A DNA stretch of 63,911 bases, counting the filler, from Chiloscyllium plagiosum (lineage: Eukaryota), in assembly GCF_004010195.1 (NCBI RefSeq). It is 6 parts of one record of this genome, joined end to end, with 100 filler letters (N's around TTAATTAATTAA, not from the genome) between each part and the next. Parts side by side here need not be neighbours in the genome. Positions count along the whole stretch, not along the records: positions 21,112 to 50,078 come from NC_057712.1; 5 more parts are not named here. One strand, written 5' to 3'. Each line of letters opens with the position of its first letter. Within the stretch, counting starts at the first letter, position 1. Below, piece by piece: positions 23,936 through 38,010 of this stretch. The notes beneath the pieces were generated by a model. It was not told the origin of the DNA. It was given only the letters and a program-made list of their open reading frames with translations, and did no database searches. The translations under genes and the position numbers were made by a program.

Positions 23936-24660
23936 TGTTATGGACTCGGCCAGACCCCGTCAAAACATTTCAAGAAAGACCCCAACTTTGCTAATTATTC
24001 TAAGCACGTATAACATAGATATTCCAGGAGGGATGCAGTTGGTCAAACCATTTAGTTTAAAACAAAAGAATTTATTTGCAAGATTACCAAATGATACACA
24101 ACTAAAAGAGAACAGAATACAGAATGACTTAACCAACCCAAAAGATTATACCAATTTAATGATGCTGTTCCAAATACTTGCAACAATCCTTGGTACAAAA
24201 GATAAAATCAAACATAGGGTCTTACAGGTCTAGATTGGGTTGGGATATCTGGTCGGCATGGAAGAGTTGGACCGAAGGGTCTGTTTCCATTCTGCACATC
24301 TCTAGGACTCTATTACAGGAAAGAGAGAGATGGCAGCATGGAACACCCTCTTCTATGTAGCTGTTTCTTGGATTAGCAGCCTCAACACTACCTGGCTGTT
24401 TTCACTGAACACCTCGACTGCCAAAATCAAATCAAGCCAGAGGCAAGCTGAGCTGGGAGAATTGGCCACTCTTCTTTCATTGTACAAGTGTTTTTTTTAA
24501 AAACTTGAAAGCCTTTTTCCCAAGGCATCATCTGCTAGCTCTAATCAAATGGGCCTTACAACTCATCCAAGCCAGACTTTTCGGAATTGCTGCTTTTATG
24601 ACCTCTCTGAAAAAAATGCCATTTACAGCATCACTTTGTTAAAGGAGCAGCAGCATCACA
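23936..24660 (-). mobile_element. Probable solo LTR (Gypsy-like) with a short CR1 3' end inserted at 24229-24312
   Basis: TGTTATG...CATCACA near-inverted termini; TTTATT (AATAAA on the minus strand) near 24070; nested CR1 tail flanked by TTACAGG duplication (24222-24228, 24313-24319); no clean LTR TSD. Confidence 0.5.
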
Positions 24661-24729
24661 GCAGGAAAACCAGCATCCTGACAACCATACCATCTTTACA
24701 GGTTGCTGAGCACTTTGGGAGACTTTGCC

Positions 24730-24990
24730 CACCAATGTTGTCACTGGACTATTAATTCAGAGGCCCAGGCTGTGTCCTGGAAACCTGGGTTTGAATCCTC
24801 TGTAGCAGATGATGTATAATTTGAATTCAATAACAATCTGGAATTAAGAGTCTAATGATGACCATGAAACCGTCACCGATTGTTGTAAAATACCATCTGT
24901 GTATTGACTCCGGATACACAACGTGATTGACTCTTAAGGGATGGGCAATAAATGCTGGCCTAACCGGTGATGCCTGTCCCATGATCTTTT
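24730..24990 (+). mobile_element. tRNA-derived SINE with a LINE-shared GGGCAATAAATGCTGGCC tail
   Basis: B-box-like GGTTTGAATCC at about 24788; tail motif recurs at about 12045, 15450, 28065 and 39490. Confidence 0.6.
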
Positions 24991-25829
24991 TTTTAATCCA
25001 GACAAGCATTGGCAATCTGATATTGCAGCAGCCATAAAGTCACACTGTTTCCAGCACAGAGTAGGCGACACTGTTAACCTGTCCTTAGTCTAAACACCCT
25101 CTCTATGTCATTGCTTATCTGCACCCAATACCACTGCACAACCCCATCCAACCATATAAAGGCAAGCAATTGGACAATTCCAAACATGAGTTTTTATTTA
25201 CAGCCAGCAAAAGTGCACACAAACAAAATGAACAGAGGCTGTTGTTCACTCCCACAATACAAACAAAATGTTGGCATAGTGACCAATGATTATTTTACAG
25301 TCTACGACTGTCTGCTGCATCCAGCTTGCATTGACTGAAAACAAGTGCCAATTGTCCTATCTGGTTTGTATCTCCCAAAATAGTCGAGCATAAGGGTTGA
25401 TGCTAAGTGAGCCACTAGGAGAACTGCAAGTGAGCAGCCCCATGATGCAGCCTGGTCTAATCCATGAGGTGGATACAAAGTGTCTTTGCAGCAACCTTTC
25501 AATGCTAATTGCCAGTGTGCTCTTTAATGCAGGTCTGTACTTCTAAAGTGTCTTGCATGTGGATCAAAGAGGTGCCATGGGAAACCAGAGGGGTTGGCAA
25601 TTATCATATACCAATTTGCATGTATGAAGGATACATCTGGCTGGTACCCAGGAACCATGCACCGAGATGCTGTTGCCTGGTGAGCAACATGCAAGCCATT
25701 TGCGACCAACAATGGGCTGAACTCGCCAGGGATCCACTCTTTTACAAGAAGAATTCTCAGTGCCTGAGTCAGAGTCATATAGCACAGAAATAGACTCTGC
25801 AGCTCACCATGTCAATGCTGACAAACAAT

Positions 25830-26805
25830 AAATGACGGTGGTGTGCCACAAGGATCGGTGCTGGGTCCTCTACTTTTTGTCATTTACATACATGATTTGG
25901 ATCCGAGCATAAGAGGTACAGTTAGTAAGTTTGCAGATAATACCAAAATCGAAGGTGTAGTGGACAGCAAAGACAGTTACCTCAGATTACAACAGGATCT
26001 GGACCAGATGGGCCAAGTGGCAGATGGAGTTTAATTCAGGTAAATGTGAGGTGCTGCATTTTGGGAAAGCAAATCTTAGCAGGACTTATACATAATGGTA
26101 AGGTCCGAGGGAGTGTTGCTGAACAAAGAGACCTTGTAGTGCAGGTTCATAGCTCCTTGAAAGTGGAGTTGCAGGTAGATAGGATAGTGAAGAAGGTGTT
26201 TGGTATGATTTCCTTTATTGGTCAGAGTATTGAGTACAGGAGTTGAGAGGTCATGTTGCAGCTGTACAGGACTTGGTTAGGCCACTGTTGGAATATTGTG
26301 TGCAATTCTGGTCTCCTTCCTATCAGAAAGATGTTGTAAAACTTGAAAAGGTTCAGAAAATATTTACAAGGACGTTGCCAGGGTTTGAGGATTTGAGCTA
26401 TAGGGAGAGGCTGAACAGGCTGGGGCTGTTTTCCCTGGAGCGTTGGAGGCTGAGGGGTGACCTTATAGAGGTTTACAAAATTAAGAGGGGCATGGATAGG
26501 ATAAATAGATAAAGTCTTTTCCCTGGGATTGGGGAGTCCAGAACTAGAGGGCATAGGTTTAGGGTGAAAAGGGCAACTTTTTCGCGCAGAGGGTGGTGCG
26601 TGTATGGAATGAGATGCCAGAGGATGTGGTGGAGTCTGGTACAATTGCAACAGTTAAGAGGCATTTGGATGGGTATATGAATAGGAAGGGTTTGGTGGGA
26701 TATGGGCCGGGTGCTGGCAAGTGGGACTAGATTGGGTTGGGATATCTGGTCGGTGTGGACAGGTTGGACCGAAGGGTCAGTTTCCATGCTGTACATCTCT
26801 ATGAC
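25830..26805 (+). mobile_element. CR1 LINE RT C-terminal half to 3' end
   Basis: [28 protein letters not shown]; near-identical family to 43050-44107. Confidence 0.93.
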
Positions 26806-29800
26806 ACTAATTCCATTTACCGTCCATAGCATACTACTCCCTAGCATTTTAAGTGCTCATCCATATGCTTCTTAACTGCTGCATGAGTGCTTGCCTCCAC
26901 CACTCCCTTAGGCAGTGCGTTCCATATTTCTACCACCTTCTGGGTGAAATATTGTTTTCTCAGATCTCCTCAAAACTACTTACTCTTCACCTTAAACCTA
27001 TGCGTTCTGGTCTTAAGCATATTTGCCATATGAAAAAGGTTTCTCATGATTTATTGTATCTATGCCTCTGGACCTCAATCAGATCCTTCCCTCGGCTCCT
27101 CTGCTCCAAGGAAAAATAACCCAGCCTACCCAGACTCTCTTCACAACTACTTTGCTCATGGCAGGTGGTGGAATAGGAAGCTACATATAATGAGGTAGGT
27201 GTGCAGTTAATAAGATCATTAATAAGCAATCATCCCCAATACTACGCAACTTACTGCTGCCTCGAGAGAATCTCACTTCAACAGTTGGTACTTAGTTAAA
27301 AGATGCAGCAAGTTGTCCACAATGTAGAGCAACCTCACACGACTTGCTCCATTTCTTGTCATAACCCATGTTGTTCAGGGTTATAAAATTCCTCCCTTAG
27401 GATTTCAAGAATCATACATTAAATGAGGTTCAACGGAAGCAACTAAAACGTATCCACTGATAAATGCAAATAAATATTACGTATTTTCACAAAATAATTT
27501 AGAATGGAAATTGGTGAGCAAAAAAAATCATCACAATAAATGGTTAGAATGAGCTTTATTTGGAACTGATTTGCCGAATAAGTCCTTGAATTAGGGTGGT
27601 TTCTCAGAATGACAGCAATTCAATCTTAAACAGTTTATATCAAAATCTCTGCATGGCAGATGTGGATTTCCTCTGTAACAGGGAAGCCCTGACTAACCAA
27701 CGAAATATTCATGGTACAGTGCTCTAAGCATTATCATTTTTAAACACTTTTCAACTTCAGTCCCATGCATTTATTCTGTTGATATCTCCGAAATTGTTTG
27801 CTGGATGGATGAATTGTCGAAAAGAATACTTGCACTCAGTTCCAACTTCCAACATTTATGGAGCAGAAGGAAGCCATTTGGCCCATCACATCTGTATCAG
27901 CTCTCTGAGTATTATGACTTTCTGTGCATTCTCCTGCCTTTTTCCCATATCGCTGGATATTGTTTCTATGCAAATTATCATCTAATGCCCTTCTGAATGC
28001 TTCAATTGAACTTCAGAAAGAATACTTGCCAATTTTCTTTCTTTTTATCCATTTTGTGGGAAGTCAGCATTTATTGCCCATCCCTAGTTGCCCTTGAGAA
28101 GGTAGTGGTGAGCTGCCTTCTTGAACCGCTTCAGTTCCCCTATGGTGGATTCATCCATAATGTCACTAGGGAGGGAATTCCAAGATTTTGACCCAATGAC
28201 AGTGCAGGAACAGCAAAATATTTCCAAGTCAGGATGGGAGTGATTTGGAGGGGAACTGGAAGGTGGTGGTAGAAACAGCTCAGAGGTAACTGACATTTTT
28301 AAAACACTGGGAAGGGGGGGGGCAGGTTTGCAGGGAAGAAAGAACGTATATACACCTACTGATGGCAGAGTACATGAGTCAGAAGTCCACACTGAATGGG
28401 AAGGAATCATTTGTCTGTTACTGTCTTGTGTTGGCCAATAAAGGACAGCAGGCAGCTTCTGGAAGCTGAAACATCAATGGGAAACCCTCAATCTTGAAAG
28501 TGACAACAGATTGCTATGGTCAGGAAGTGAGAGAGGGCTGCCCCAAAATGGAGGCTTTCTCTGTACAAATTTTTAAAAATTTAAAATAGAAATAGCCTGC
28601 GCATCTGGTCCATCTTGGAGCAGAAGAGCTGTCCACAAACAGGTCTAAAGCTGAATCCAGGAAAGTGGAGGGGGACTCCTAAGCCCAGCTGGAGCACTTT
28701 GACTGCCATCATGTATCAGTCTCTAGGCAGCTGTCCTGTGTTCCACCATTTCTTGACCTGGAGATAGATTGGAGAATCCCAGTTGATAAAAGATCTCACT
28801 AAGTGCTCAATTAGGCTATTCGTCTATCTGCTGCTTGTGGGTACTTAGTCTACATAACTCTCTGTCACCATCTTGCATCTGGCAAAATAACTGTGGAGTA
28901 GGGATAGAGCAGGAGCAATCAACACAAATGATATTAGTTTGAGCACCTGCCTACTACCACATTTGCTCCTAGTGTAGCTTAAAATACTGCCTGTGGAATA
29001 TTTTCAGTGACTGAGTTCAACTGTATGAAAATAGCATGGAAAAATGGCAGAAACAGAAATTGATTAAAACACTGAGTAGTTCAAGTGCATTTTTGAACAG
29101 AAAACCTGTCTTTTCAGGTGCAGGTATGTCATCTGATGATATTGACCAACTTTTCTATTTAACTTTCCAGATTGCACAGTTTCTTATTTTTATTGTATTT
29201 GAGGTAGTTTTGCTTTGTATAGATGAATAAATTCATGCAGTAATTACAGAACAGCTATCTAATTTAGTAACTCAATTCACAGCACAAAGGAATTTTCATT
29301 GTGTCAAAAATCTAAACAAACAAAATGAGCTTGTTTTACTATGGCAGAACCATCAATAAAATACGTTAATATGTACATTTATGTATTAAGCATCTTTATT
29401 TGCAATTTCCTTCCTTAATCCTATACCAGATCAAAAGGACAGGCTCTCATTACCAGTCCAATCGATGGTTGTGAAATGTAAAACATTCTAGTTTCCAGTT
29501 TTTTTTTCCAGAATTCGTTGTGAAGTAGTACTTCAAATTTGCTCAACACCATCCACTGATAAGATAGCAGGGATCAAATTTACAAAGTACTTTATCCAAC
29601 CTGTCTTTTACCACTGTGTGGCACCACACACTTCAGTTTTATATAGTGACAAGATGGAATTTAGCTTTCATTTTATAAATTGTATTGATCATATGCACAT
29701 CCCCAATAGTATTCTGAAACTTGTGTGACATATTTTAATTAAGAGATATAAAAAGTATATGAAAGCATACAGTAAAAATGCATGAAAATAAATGTTGAGC

Positions 29801-30644
29801 AGGCAATTCTAGTTCAAGACCTAGCATAGCATTGGTTTGTTGAGATCAATAGCTCATCTTGTACTGTAATTCCTAATATTGTACTTCTGTCATCTAAATG
29901 AATTACATAAATGCTGTTGATGTAGGCAATTCAATCACTTGTTATTTTAATTCTCCACCTCAGTCCCACACTGATCTCTTTGGTCTCAGTGTCAAAGTCA
30001 ACACATTTCCACCGAAGTTCAAGGAACAGACAATTAGCTTTTGCTTAAGCACTTCACAGCCTTCCAGACACAATGCTCAAAACAACTATTTAGGTCATAA
30101 CCACTGCTTGTGTTCTTTGAAAATTATTTGCTGGTAATGATTAAGTTATTCCCATATAACCCGTTCATTCTCTAGACCCAGCTTTAATTTATTGATGTGC
30201 CTAACAACCATCCCCTTTTGCTGGATAAGATCACATCTTTTGTCATTTAATCTTTCCACCTGACTTCCACCTTACCACAGACTTGTCCTTTTTCTTCCTT
30301 TTTCCCCTCCCAATTTCCCTGCGTCTGCACTTGCTTAAAACCTGATTACATCTCTTTTGTCCAATAGCTATGTTTAAATGAACACACGTGCAGATATGCA
30401 GCATTGCAGTATGACTTTGAATTTACTTGTCAGACATTTAATGTTGTTTCAAATTAGAAACTTCCTATGGTTCAGTACACATCGGCCCCAAGCCCATTGC
30501 TACACAACATGTGCAGGGAATTTCTGGGACAAATCATGATCTTGGATTATCAAGTCCATTCACATTCCCAGTCTTGATGATCGGCAAAGTTCTTACTGCA
30601 TGAAATTTTATTTCTCTTAATTACATGTTTGAATTATTTTACAA

Positions 30645-30900
30645 GTCATTGAATCCCTACACTGTGAACGCAGGCTATTCAGCCCAGTGAGTCTATAATG
30701 ATCCTCCTAGGGACAGCCTACACCCTATCCCTGTAAATCTGCATTTTCCATAGCTATCCCACCTAACCTGCACATCTTTGAACTGTGGAAGGAAACCAGA
30801 TGTGCAAACTCACATGGGCAGCCACCCAAGGCTGGAATCAAACCTGGGCCTCTGGTGCTGTGAAGCAGCATTGCTAACCACTAAGCCACCATGTTGCCCT
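30645..30900 (-). mobile_element. HE1/V-SINE, diverged
   Basis: Collinear with 33803-34113 (CTGCACATCTTTG..GGAAACC..CTAACCAC). Confidence 0.8.
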
Positions 30901-33282
30901 GTTGAATCATGCTACACAACATGAATATCACTGACCATGCTGACAGTGAAATATGCAACAGCCTTATTGTATGTTTCTATGAGTTAGAGTTGTGCTCTGG
31001 GTGCACATGGACACACATAAATGGATCTCAGCAGCGATCTTTAATGGTGGCACCTGTTGCCTGCACTGAGCACACACACTCCATTTTCTAATTCCAGTTG
31101 AAAGTCATTGACCAGCTGCTTATTTCTCTCCACACAGATGCTGCCTGACTGGCTTACACAGCAAGTCATATTTTTACTTCGAAAATACATTGTATTTGTT
31201 TAAACACATTATATTTTGATTGGCTTTCCCATCTCACAGAAACACACTACTTCTACTCCCTTCCCATAATATCAACCTCAGACACACAACTTTTACCTTT
31301 ACTTTAAAGGTGTCCCACTAAAGGAGCCGGGGCTACCGTTCCCTTCAGTGGTAGTCCAGCTAAAATTACTCTGCTAAAAAATATACCAGATTAGTGGATC
31401 ATATTTTTATTTTCAAAACACCTATCCATTATGTTGAATGTAATAAATGGAATGAATTATTCTACCTTACTCCTGTATACCAGATGTTGCATGCACTGTA
31501 CGAATGTAATTCCACCTTGAGAGTGTCAAGAGTATTAATGTTTTAATGTAGAAGTGCAGCAGATATGCTTTGCAACAGTCTCACAAATATTTTTTGAGAT
31601 TATGATAATCCATTACAATCTATTACATTAAACAGGATAAACAGTAGCTTGAAACACCACAAGTTATGATGCATGAATAAGCAGACACAGTATTATGCTG
31701 AATAATGGATGGTCAGGAGTATTTTATGAGGCTGTAATACCATCTATGGTTTCCAATGCACCTTCATTGTGAGAAAAGCTTCTGAAATTTATATCAACTA
31801 AATTGCATTACCACTGTCCAATCAATAAGACACTCACAGCTGCTTATGATCCAACTTCAGTTTCAATAAACGGAAAGTATCATACTTATGGGATGAACAT
31901 TGTGTATTGACAAAAAGTATTATAGGAAAACGGAGATGTTTTAATGCACAAACCATTCATTGTAAGATCATGAATTTAAGACAGATTGATATTGTATATT
32001 CACACTTCAGTAAAGTCAGTTACATAAATTTAAAAATGGCACTCAAGGCTGTTTTACTGTTTTAACATTGATACCTAATACACTAAAGAACAAGGACACA
32101 CACTGTGTTAATGGACATTCCTGACTGTAAATAATTAATCAATGATTCATTAAAATTTATAAACATTATAGTATGTTATTCATAATGAAGTAATCATTGT
32201 AATTAGTACAATATCTTTCATTTGCTGCTACAAAATCAATATAACAATGTTTATACTTAGAAGATTATTAAACATGTTACCGGCCATATATACCGGCATA
32301 CTGTCTGTACAAGAGCAGTCAGAGCCTAGGAATCTTGCAATGAGTAATTCACGTCCTTTCTCCCCAGTGTCCATCTAACAAGCTACAAGTTGCAAGTCAA
32401 GAATATGATGGAATACTCCACACTTGCCTGATGGGTGCAGCATCAACAACAGGGTTGATATCATCTAGGTAAAGCAACTCGCTTGAATGGTACTCTATTT
32501 CAGACATTCAATCCCTTCACTACCAATATATAGTGGCTCCAAATTGTACCAACTACAAGATACAGTGCAGCAATTCACAGGGCCCCTCTGACTGCATCCT
32601 CCAAACCCATGACCTCATGATTTGAATGTTATGATAAACACAAGAAAAGGGCCTTAACTGATTCAGGAGTAGCATTTTAAGAACTAAATTCATCAGCATT
32701 CCAAACTGCAGAAATCTGGCAGCAGAAAAACCTTTTGTCTTTTATCTAATGCTGTAAATCAGATTTAATTGATTTACAACAGTAGACCTGATATCTTGAA
32801 CTGATAGTAACCTTGCCAAAATGATGTAAAGTCATATTTATTGGTTATTCATAGTTTGCCTAAAATGGTGTGATGGCCTTTTACTTAAGCTATTGCAATT
32901 GTTTTGCTGATGCAGTTCCCACAAGAACATTAAGTTAGATTTGACAAGTGATGAAGAATCAACAAAATTCATGTCCAAGTCAGGATGGTTAGTGACTCAG
33001 TGGTGATGGTGTTCCAATGCTGCTATTTTTTCTTTCTTGGTAGCAGAAGGACTGGGAGCTTTGGTAAGGAACCTGCTGAACTGATAATTTTTAATTTCCA
33101 AGTGCTAATTTGGCAGGTGTAGCAGGTACAGCAATCAAAGGAGCTGGACATGAGGTAATATTTAAATAGCAATATGACAGCTGCCATAGTGATAAGTGGC
33201 CTTTCTTGTGGATACATAATATAGATATTAGGCTCCTCATCTGAGTGTAATAACAACATGAGGCTCTCCAGAAGAGCCTCAT

Positions 33283-34137
33283 ATTGTGTTAAGTTCTGGT
33301 CTCCCTGTTTAAGGAAGGATGTTATTAAGCTGGAGAGGGTTCAGAAGAGATTTATCAGGATGTTGGTGGGAATGGAGGATTTGAGTTAAGGAGAACATGG
33401 ACATGGAGGGATTTCGTTCACTGGTGCATTAAGAGGTTAAGAGGTGACCTTATAGAGGTTTATAAAATAATGAGGGACATAGATAAGGTGAACAGCTGGT
33501 GTCTTTTCACTAGGGTGAGGGATTTCAAGACAAAGGGGCATATTTTTAAGGTTAGAGGAGAAAGATTAAAAAAGACATGGGGACAATGTTTTTACACAAA
33601 CAGTGGTTCATGCATGGAATGAGCTTCCAGAGGAAGTGGTGGAGGCAGATACAGTTACAACCTTTAAAATACATTTGGACGAGTGCATGAATAAGAAATG
33701 TTCAGAGAGATATTGGCCAAGCACAGGCAGGTGGGACTAGTTTAGTTTGGGATATTCGTCGGCATGGACTGGTTGGACCAAAAGATCTGTTCCAATGCTG
33801 CATTAGATTACATTACAATGTGGAAACAGGCCCTTCAGCCCAACAAGTCCACACCGACCCGCCGAAGCGCAACCCACCCCCCATACCCCTACATTTACCC
33901 CTTACCTAACACTACGGGCAATTTAGCATGGCCAATTCACCTGACCTGCACATCTTTGGACTGTGGGAGGAAACCGGAGCACCCGGAGGAAACCCACGCA
34001 GACACGGGGAGAACGTGCAAACTCCACACAGTCAGTCGCCTGAGGCGGGAATTGAACCCGGGTCTCTGGCGCTGTGAGGCAATAATGCTAACCACTGTGC
34101 CACCGTGCTGCCCCAAATGCATAACTCTATGACTCTG
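33283..34137 (+). mobile_element. CR1 LINE 3' part with an HE1 SINE inserted in its tail
   Basis: KLERVQKRFIRML, RGDLIEVYKIMR; the tail resumes as ATAACTCTATGACTCT after the SINE. Confidence 0.88.
33803..34113 (-). mobile_element. HE1 SINE (V-SINE), full length
   Basis: Minus strand: GGGCAGCACGGTGGCACAGTGGTTAGCA (A box), GGTTCAATTCC (B box), V-domain TGGGTTTCCTCCGGGTGCTCCGGTTTCCTCCCACAGTCCAAAGATGTGCAGG, CR1-derived tail. Confidence 0.92.
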
Positions 34138-34389
34138 TAGTTGTTATGAACACCTCTTGATTTGATAGCAGAGACTATACCTTAAGTACAATTACCATTA
34201 AATGTTCTCTTAACAAAACATGGTGTTTTTAAAAATGTTTCAAGAGAGTCAGGAAAACAAGCATCCCCACAGCCATACAAATAGTGATCATCCACTCCAC
34301 GTCACCTAACACTTACTTTTACAAGTAACTTCATATGAAATTTACTGATATACATAACATGTCTGAGGCAGGCAGCTTATACACACATA

Positions 34390-34696
34390 TTAGATTACTT
34401 ACAGTGTGAAAACAGGCCCTTCGACCCAACAAGTCCACAACGCCCCGCCGAAGCGCAACCCACCCATATCCCTACATTTACCCCTTACCTAACACTATGG
34501 GCAATTTAGCATGGCCAATTCACCTGACCTGCACATCTTTGGAATGTGGGAGGAAACCGGAGCACCCAGTGGAAACCCATGCAGACACAGGGAGAACGTG
34601 CAAACTCCACACAGTCAGTCGCCTGAGGCGGGAATTGAACCCGGGTCTCTGGCGCTGTGAGGCAGCAGTGCTAACCACTGTGCCACCGTGCTGCCC
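34390..34696 (-). mobile_element. HE1 SINE (V-SINE), full length
   Basis: Near-identical to 33803-34113. Confidence 0.92.
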
Positions 34697-35179
34697 AAGT
34701 TCAAGGACAAGTTCAGGTTGTCCAAAACCTTCAAATATACCACTGATTACAGGCCCTAGTTCAGGTCAGACCAATTTCCACCACAAGGAAAGGGAAGTCA
34801 TATAAGGGCAAGAAAAGCTCTGAAAGCTTTTCACTAAAATGCAAAAGGCAGACTATGAGATTAATGAATGACAGGAAAATATGATGGGAAATGAAATAAG
34901 ATACAAGTATGACTGCTGAGCCAAAAATGGAAGAGCTCAGGATTTGACTCCATGTGTCAGTGATGCTAAATAACGTCACTGCAAATCTCTTCACTGCACA
35001 CAAAGTCGTCAGTTGTACATAAACATGAGTTTGAAACCCAGCAGCAATGGTAAGTTATATTTGTCTGGCATAATGCTGTAATGAGGTCAGGAGTTGAATA
35101 GCTTTAGAATATTGCTGAGTAAGTGACATTCAATAACACTTCCTACAAAATCTTCCAATACTTTGCTCTGGTCAAAAGT

Positions 35180-35870
35180 AAGCAAATGAGGTGGTAATTA
35201 GCTGGACTGGATCAGTCCTTTTTATGGACAGAACACATCAGGGCAATGTTGCACTTTGCCAGGTAAATGCCAATATTGTAGCTGTTTTGAATAGCTTGGC
35301 TAGCAGGTGGTTAATTCTGAAGTACAGGTCTTCAGTATCATTGCAGGAATATTGTCAGGGCACATTGCCTTTTCAGTATCCAGTGTATTCAGTCAATATT
35401 AATATTCCATGGAGCGAACTGGCTGAAGGCTGGCATCTGTGATGTTGGAGACCTCAGAAGGAGGCAGAGATGGATCACCCACTTTGTATTTCTGAATGAA
35501 AATGCTGGCAAATGCTTCAGTCTTGTCTTTTGCACTGATGTGCTGGGCTGCACTGATCACTGAGGATATTTGTGGAAATGCCTCCTCCTCTTAGTTTAAC
35601 TGTCAACCAATCATAGTTGAATGAGGAAAGATTACAGAGTTAGATACAATCCATTGGGTTGTGGAATTGCTCAGGACAGTCCACTGCATACTGGTTTAAA
35701 TGGCTGCTCGTTGGATGCTGCCTGAACTGCTGTGCTCTTCCAGCACCACTGATCCAGAGACTTGTAACGAGTCCTGTGTTGTAACTCACTGGGTTGACAC
35801 CTCATTCTTAGGTATGCTTAGTGCTACTCCTAGCATGCCCTCCTGGACTCTTCACCAAACTAGAAATGAA
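35180..35870 (-). mobile_element. Degenerate LINE ORF2 fragment of a second CR1/L2-group family
   Basis: Minus strand KAMCPDNIPA (KAxGPD motif region); related 3' pieces at about 28040-28270, 32370-32615 and 39260-39540. Confidence 0.55.
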
Positions 35871-36644
35871 TCATTGATTTGTATTCAGTGTCGAAAAGTC
35901 AAGCCACGAGCAAACAGAAAGCACCCTATGGTATAACTGCAGGAGCAGCGAACAAGTGTGAGATTCAGAATCTGAGAGCAGCAGATCTTCCAAACCCAGA
36001 TTCTGTCTCTCCCACGCTGGTTGCTTCAGTTCCTCCAATGTCAGGCTACTGCCTCTTTCTTTGCTGCTCCTCCAGAGGCAAAAGTTATGATTACACATGC
36101 ATCAAAGACAGAAAGAGTAATGGATCTGTCAGAGGAGCTAAAGCAAATTTGTTAGCTGATGGTCTGGCACCTTCAAACACTGCACATTCTTCAGAATCAC
36201 AACAGCCTGTTTAATGCAAACTTTTTACATCCTACATGACCAGGATGAAGATTTGGGGGGAAAAAAAGGAGGAAAAGGATCGGGATGCAAGAAACCCAGA
36301 AAGCTAGCTGGGAAAAAGGTTAGAAGACCCACCGGCAATAAAAATAAGCGCGGCAGCCAAAGGAGACAGTCAGTCATTTTAATTTTCTGTGCTGGAGGTG
36401 GACAAGATTGGAAACTAGGAAGGCAACGAAAAAGTGCCTATCCATATGGCTTTTTTATTAACAACCGAAACTGCTTAGTCCTGCCTAGCCTCTGTATAAC
36501 TGCATCAAATAGTTGGAATTTGAGATTAATTCTTAGTTTTGCAAACTGGAAACAGTATGTTGGTGAAGAAGCAAGACTTTCCAGGTGACACTACAGGCAA
36601 TCTTAGCTTCTGGGTCGTACTGTATTTTGGTGAGTTTATACATA

Positions 36645-37138
36645 TAGGAAAGATATCGTGAAACTTGAAAGGGTTCAAAAAAGATTTACAAGGATGCTGC
36701 CAGGGTTACAGGGTTTGACTTTTAGGCTAAATAGACTGGGGTTGTTTTCCCTGGAGCTGAGGGGTGACCTTATCGAGGTTTATAAAATCATGAGGGACAT
36801 AGATTGGTAAATAGACAGGGTCTTTTCATGGGGTAAGAGAGTCCAGAACTAGAGGGCATAGGTTTAGGGTGAGAGGGGCAAGATATAAAAAGGACCTGAG
36901 GGGCAATTGTTTCACGCAAAGAGTGGTACGTGTATGGAATGAGCTGCCACAGGAAGTGGTGGAGATTGATACAATTACAACATTTAAAAGGCAACGGGAG
37001 GGTATATGAATAGAAAGGGTCTAGAGGGGTATGGGCCAAGTGCTAGCATGTGGGACTAGATTAATTTAGGATATCTGGTCGGCATGGACGAGTTGAACCG
37101 AAGGATCTGTTTCTGTGCTGTATATCTCTCTGACTCTA
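36645..37138 (+). mobile_element. CR1 LINE 3' part
   Basis: KLERVQKRFTRMLPGL; CR1 3' UTR. Confidence 0.9.
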
Positions 37139-37665
37139 AGTGCATTTCTTGACACTCTCAATAGTTAATAGAAGGTAAACATGGAATAAACTAATGATTA
37201 AATTTAAGCATTTTATACTTTTGGTTATAATGGAGCCTTTAAATACAAGCAAAACTGCTGTTTACTCAATTTCCATATGTCATCTTTGTTCTGGTTTTGT
37301 TTACATCAATTTGCATAAGCCACATTATGTCAAATGAAGAAGCTGCTTCACAGAAGTCTAGTATAGACATGTGGTTAATGTACTATTTTGATCCAGTCAA
37401 TCATGAATTGTGATATAATATGCAGATTTTTTTAATTTGGCATTTATGCCATCTTGTCTATACAAAGCAAGAAATTCTAAAAAAGAAATCAACACAGATA
37501 CAGTAAGTAATGCGATGTGACTACATCTCCTAATTGAGGACTTAGTAAGAATAAAAAAGGAACTACTGAAAAATCAAAATATCGCCCCAGAGTAAAATTT
37601 CAAAATAAGCCCTCAAACAAAAGACCCCTGCAGCGGATGCAAGTGAAGAATGATGATAAAAGTAT

Positions 37666-38010
37666 GGGCAGCACACTGGCTCATTTCTGCCTCATGGCCC
37701 CAGGGACCCAGGTGCAATTCCAGCCTTAGGTAACTATCTGTGTGGAGTCTGCATATTCCCCTCATGCCTATGTGGGTTTCCTCCGACTGCTCTTGTTTCC
37801 TTCCACCGTCTAAAGATGTGCAGGGGCAGGTGGATTGGACATTCTAAATTGTACAGTGTCTAGGGATGTGCAGGTTAGGTGGATTAGCCATGGGAAATGC
37901 AGGGTGACAGGGATAGAGTAGTAGTGTTGATCCAGGTGGGATGCTGTTTAGAGGGGCAATGTGGACTCAATGGACCTAATGACCTGCTTCCACCCTGCAG
38001 GGATTCTAAG
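37666..38010 (+). mobile_element. HE1/V-SINE, diverged
   Basis: GGGCAGCAC head and TGTGGGTTTCCTCC..AAAGATGTGCAGG V-domain. Confidence 0.8.

Noticed and set aside
33803..34696. tRNA genes suggested by A and B boxes
   Set aside because: They are the tRNA-derived heads of HE1 SINEs, continuing into the V-domain and CR1 tail.
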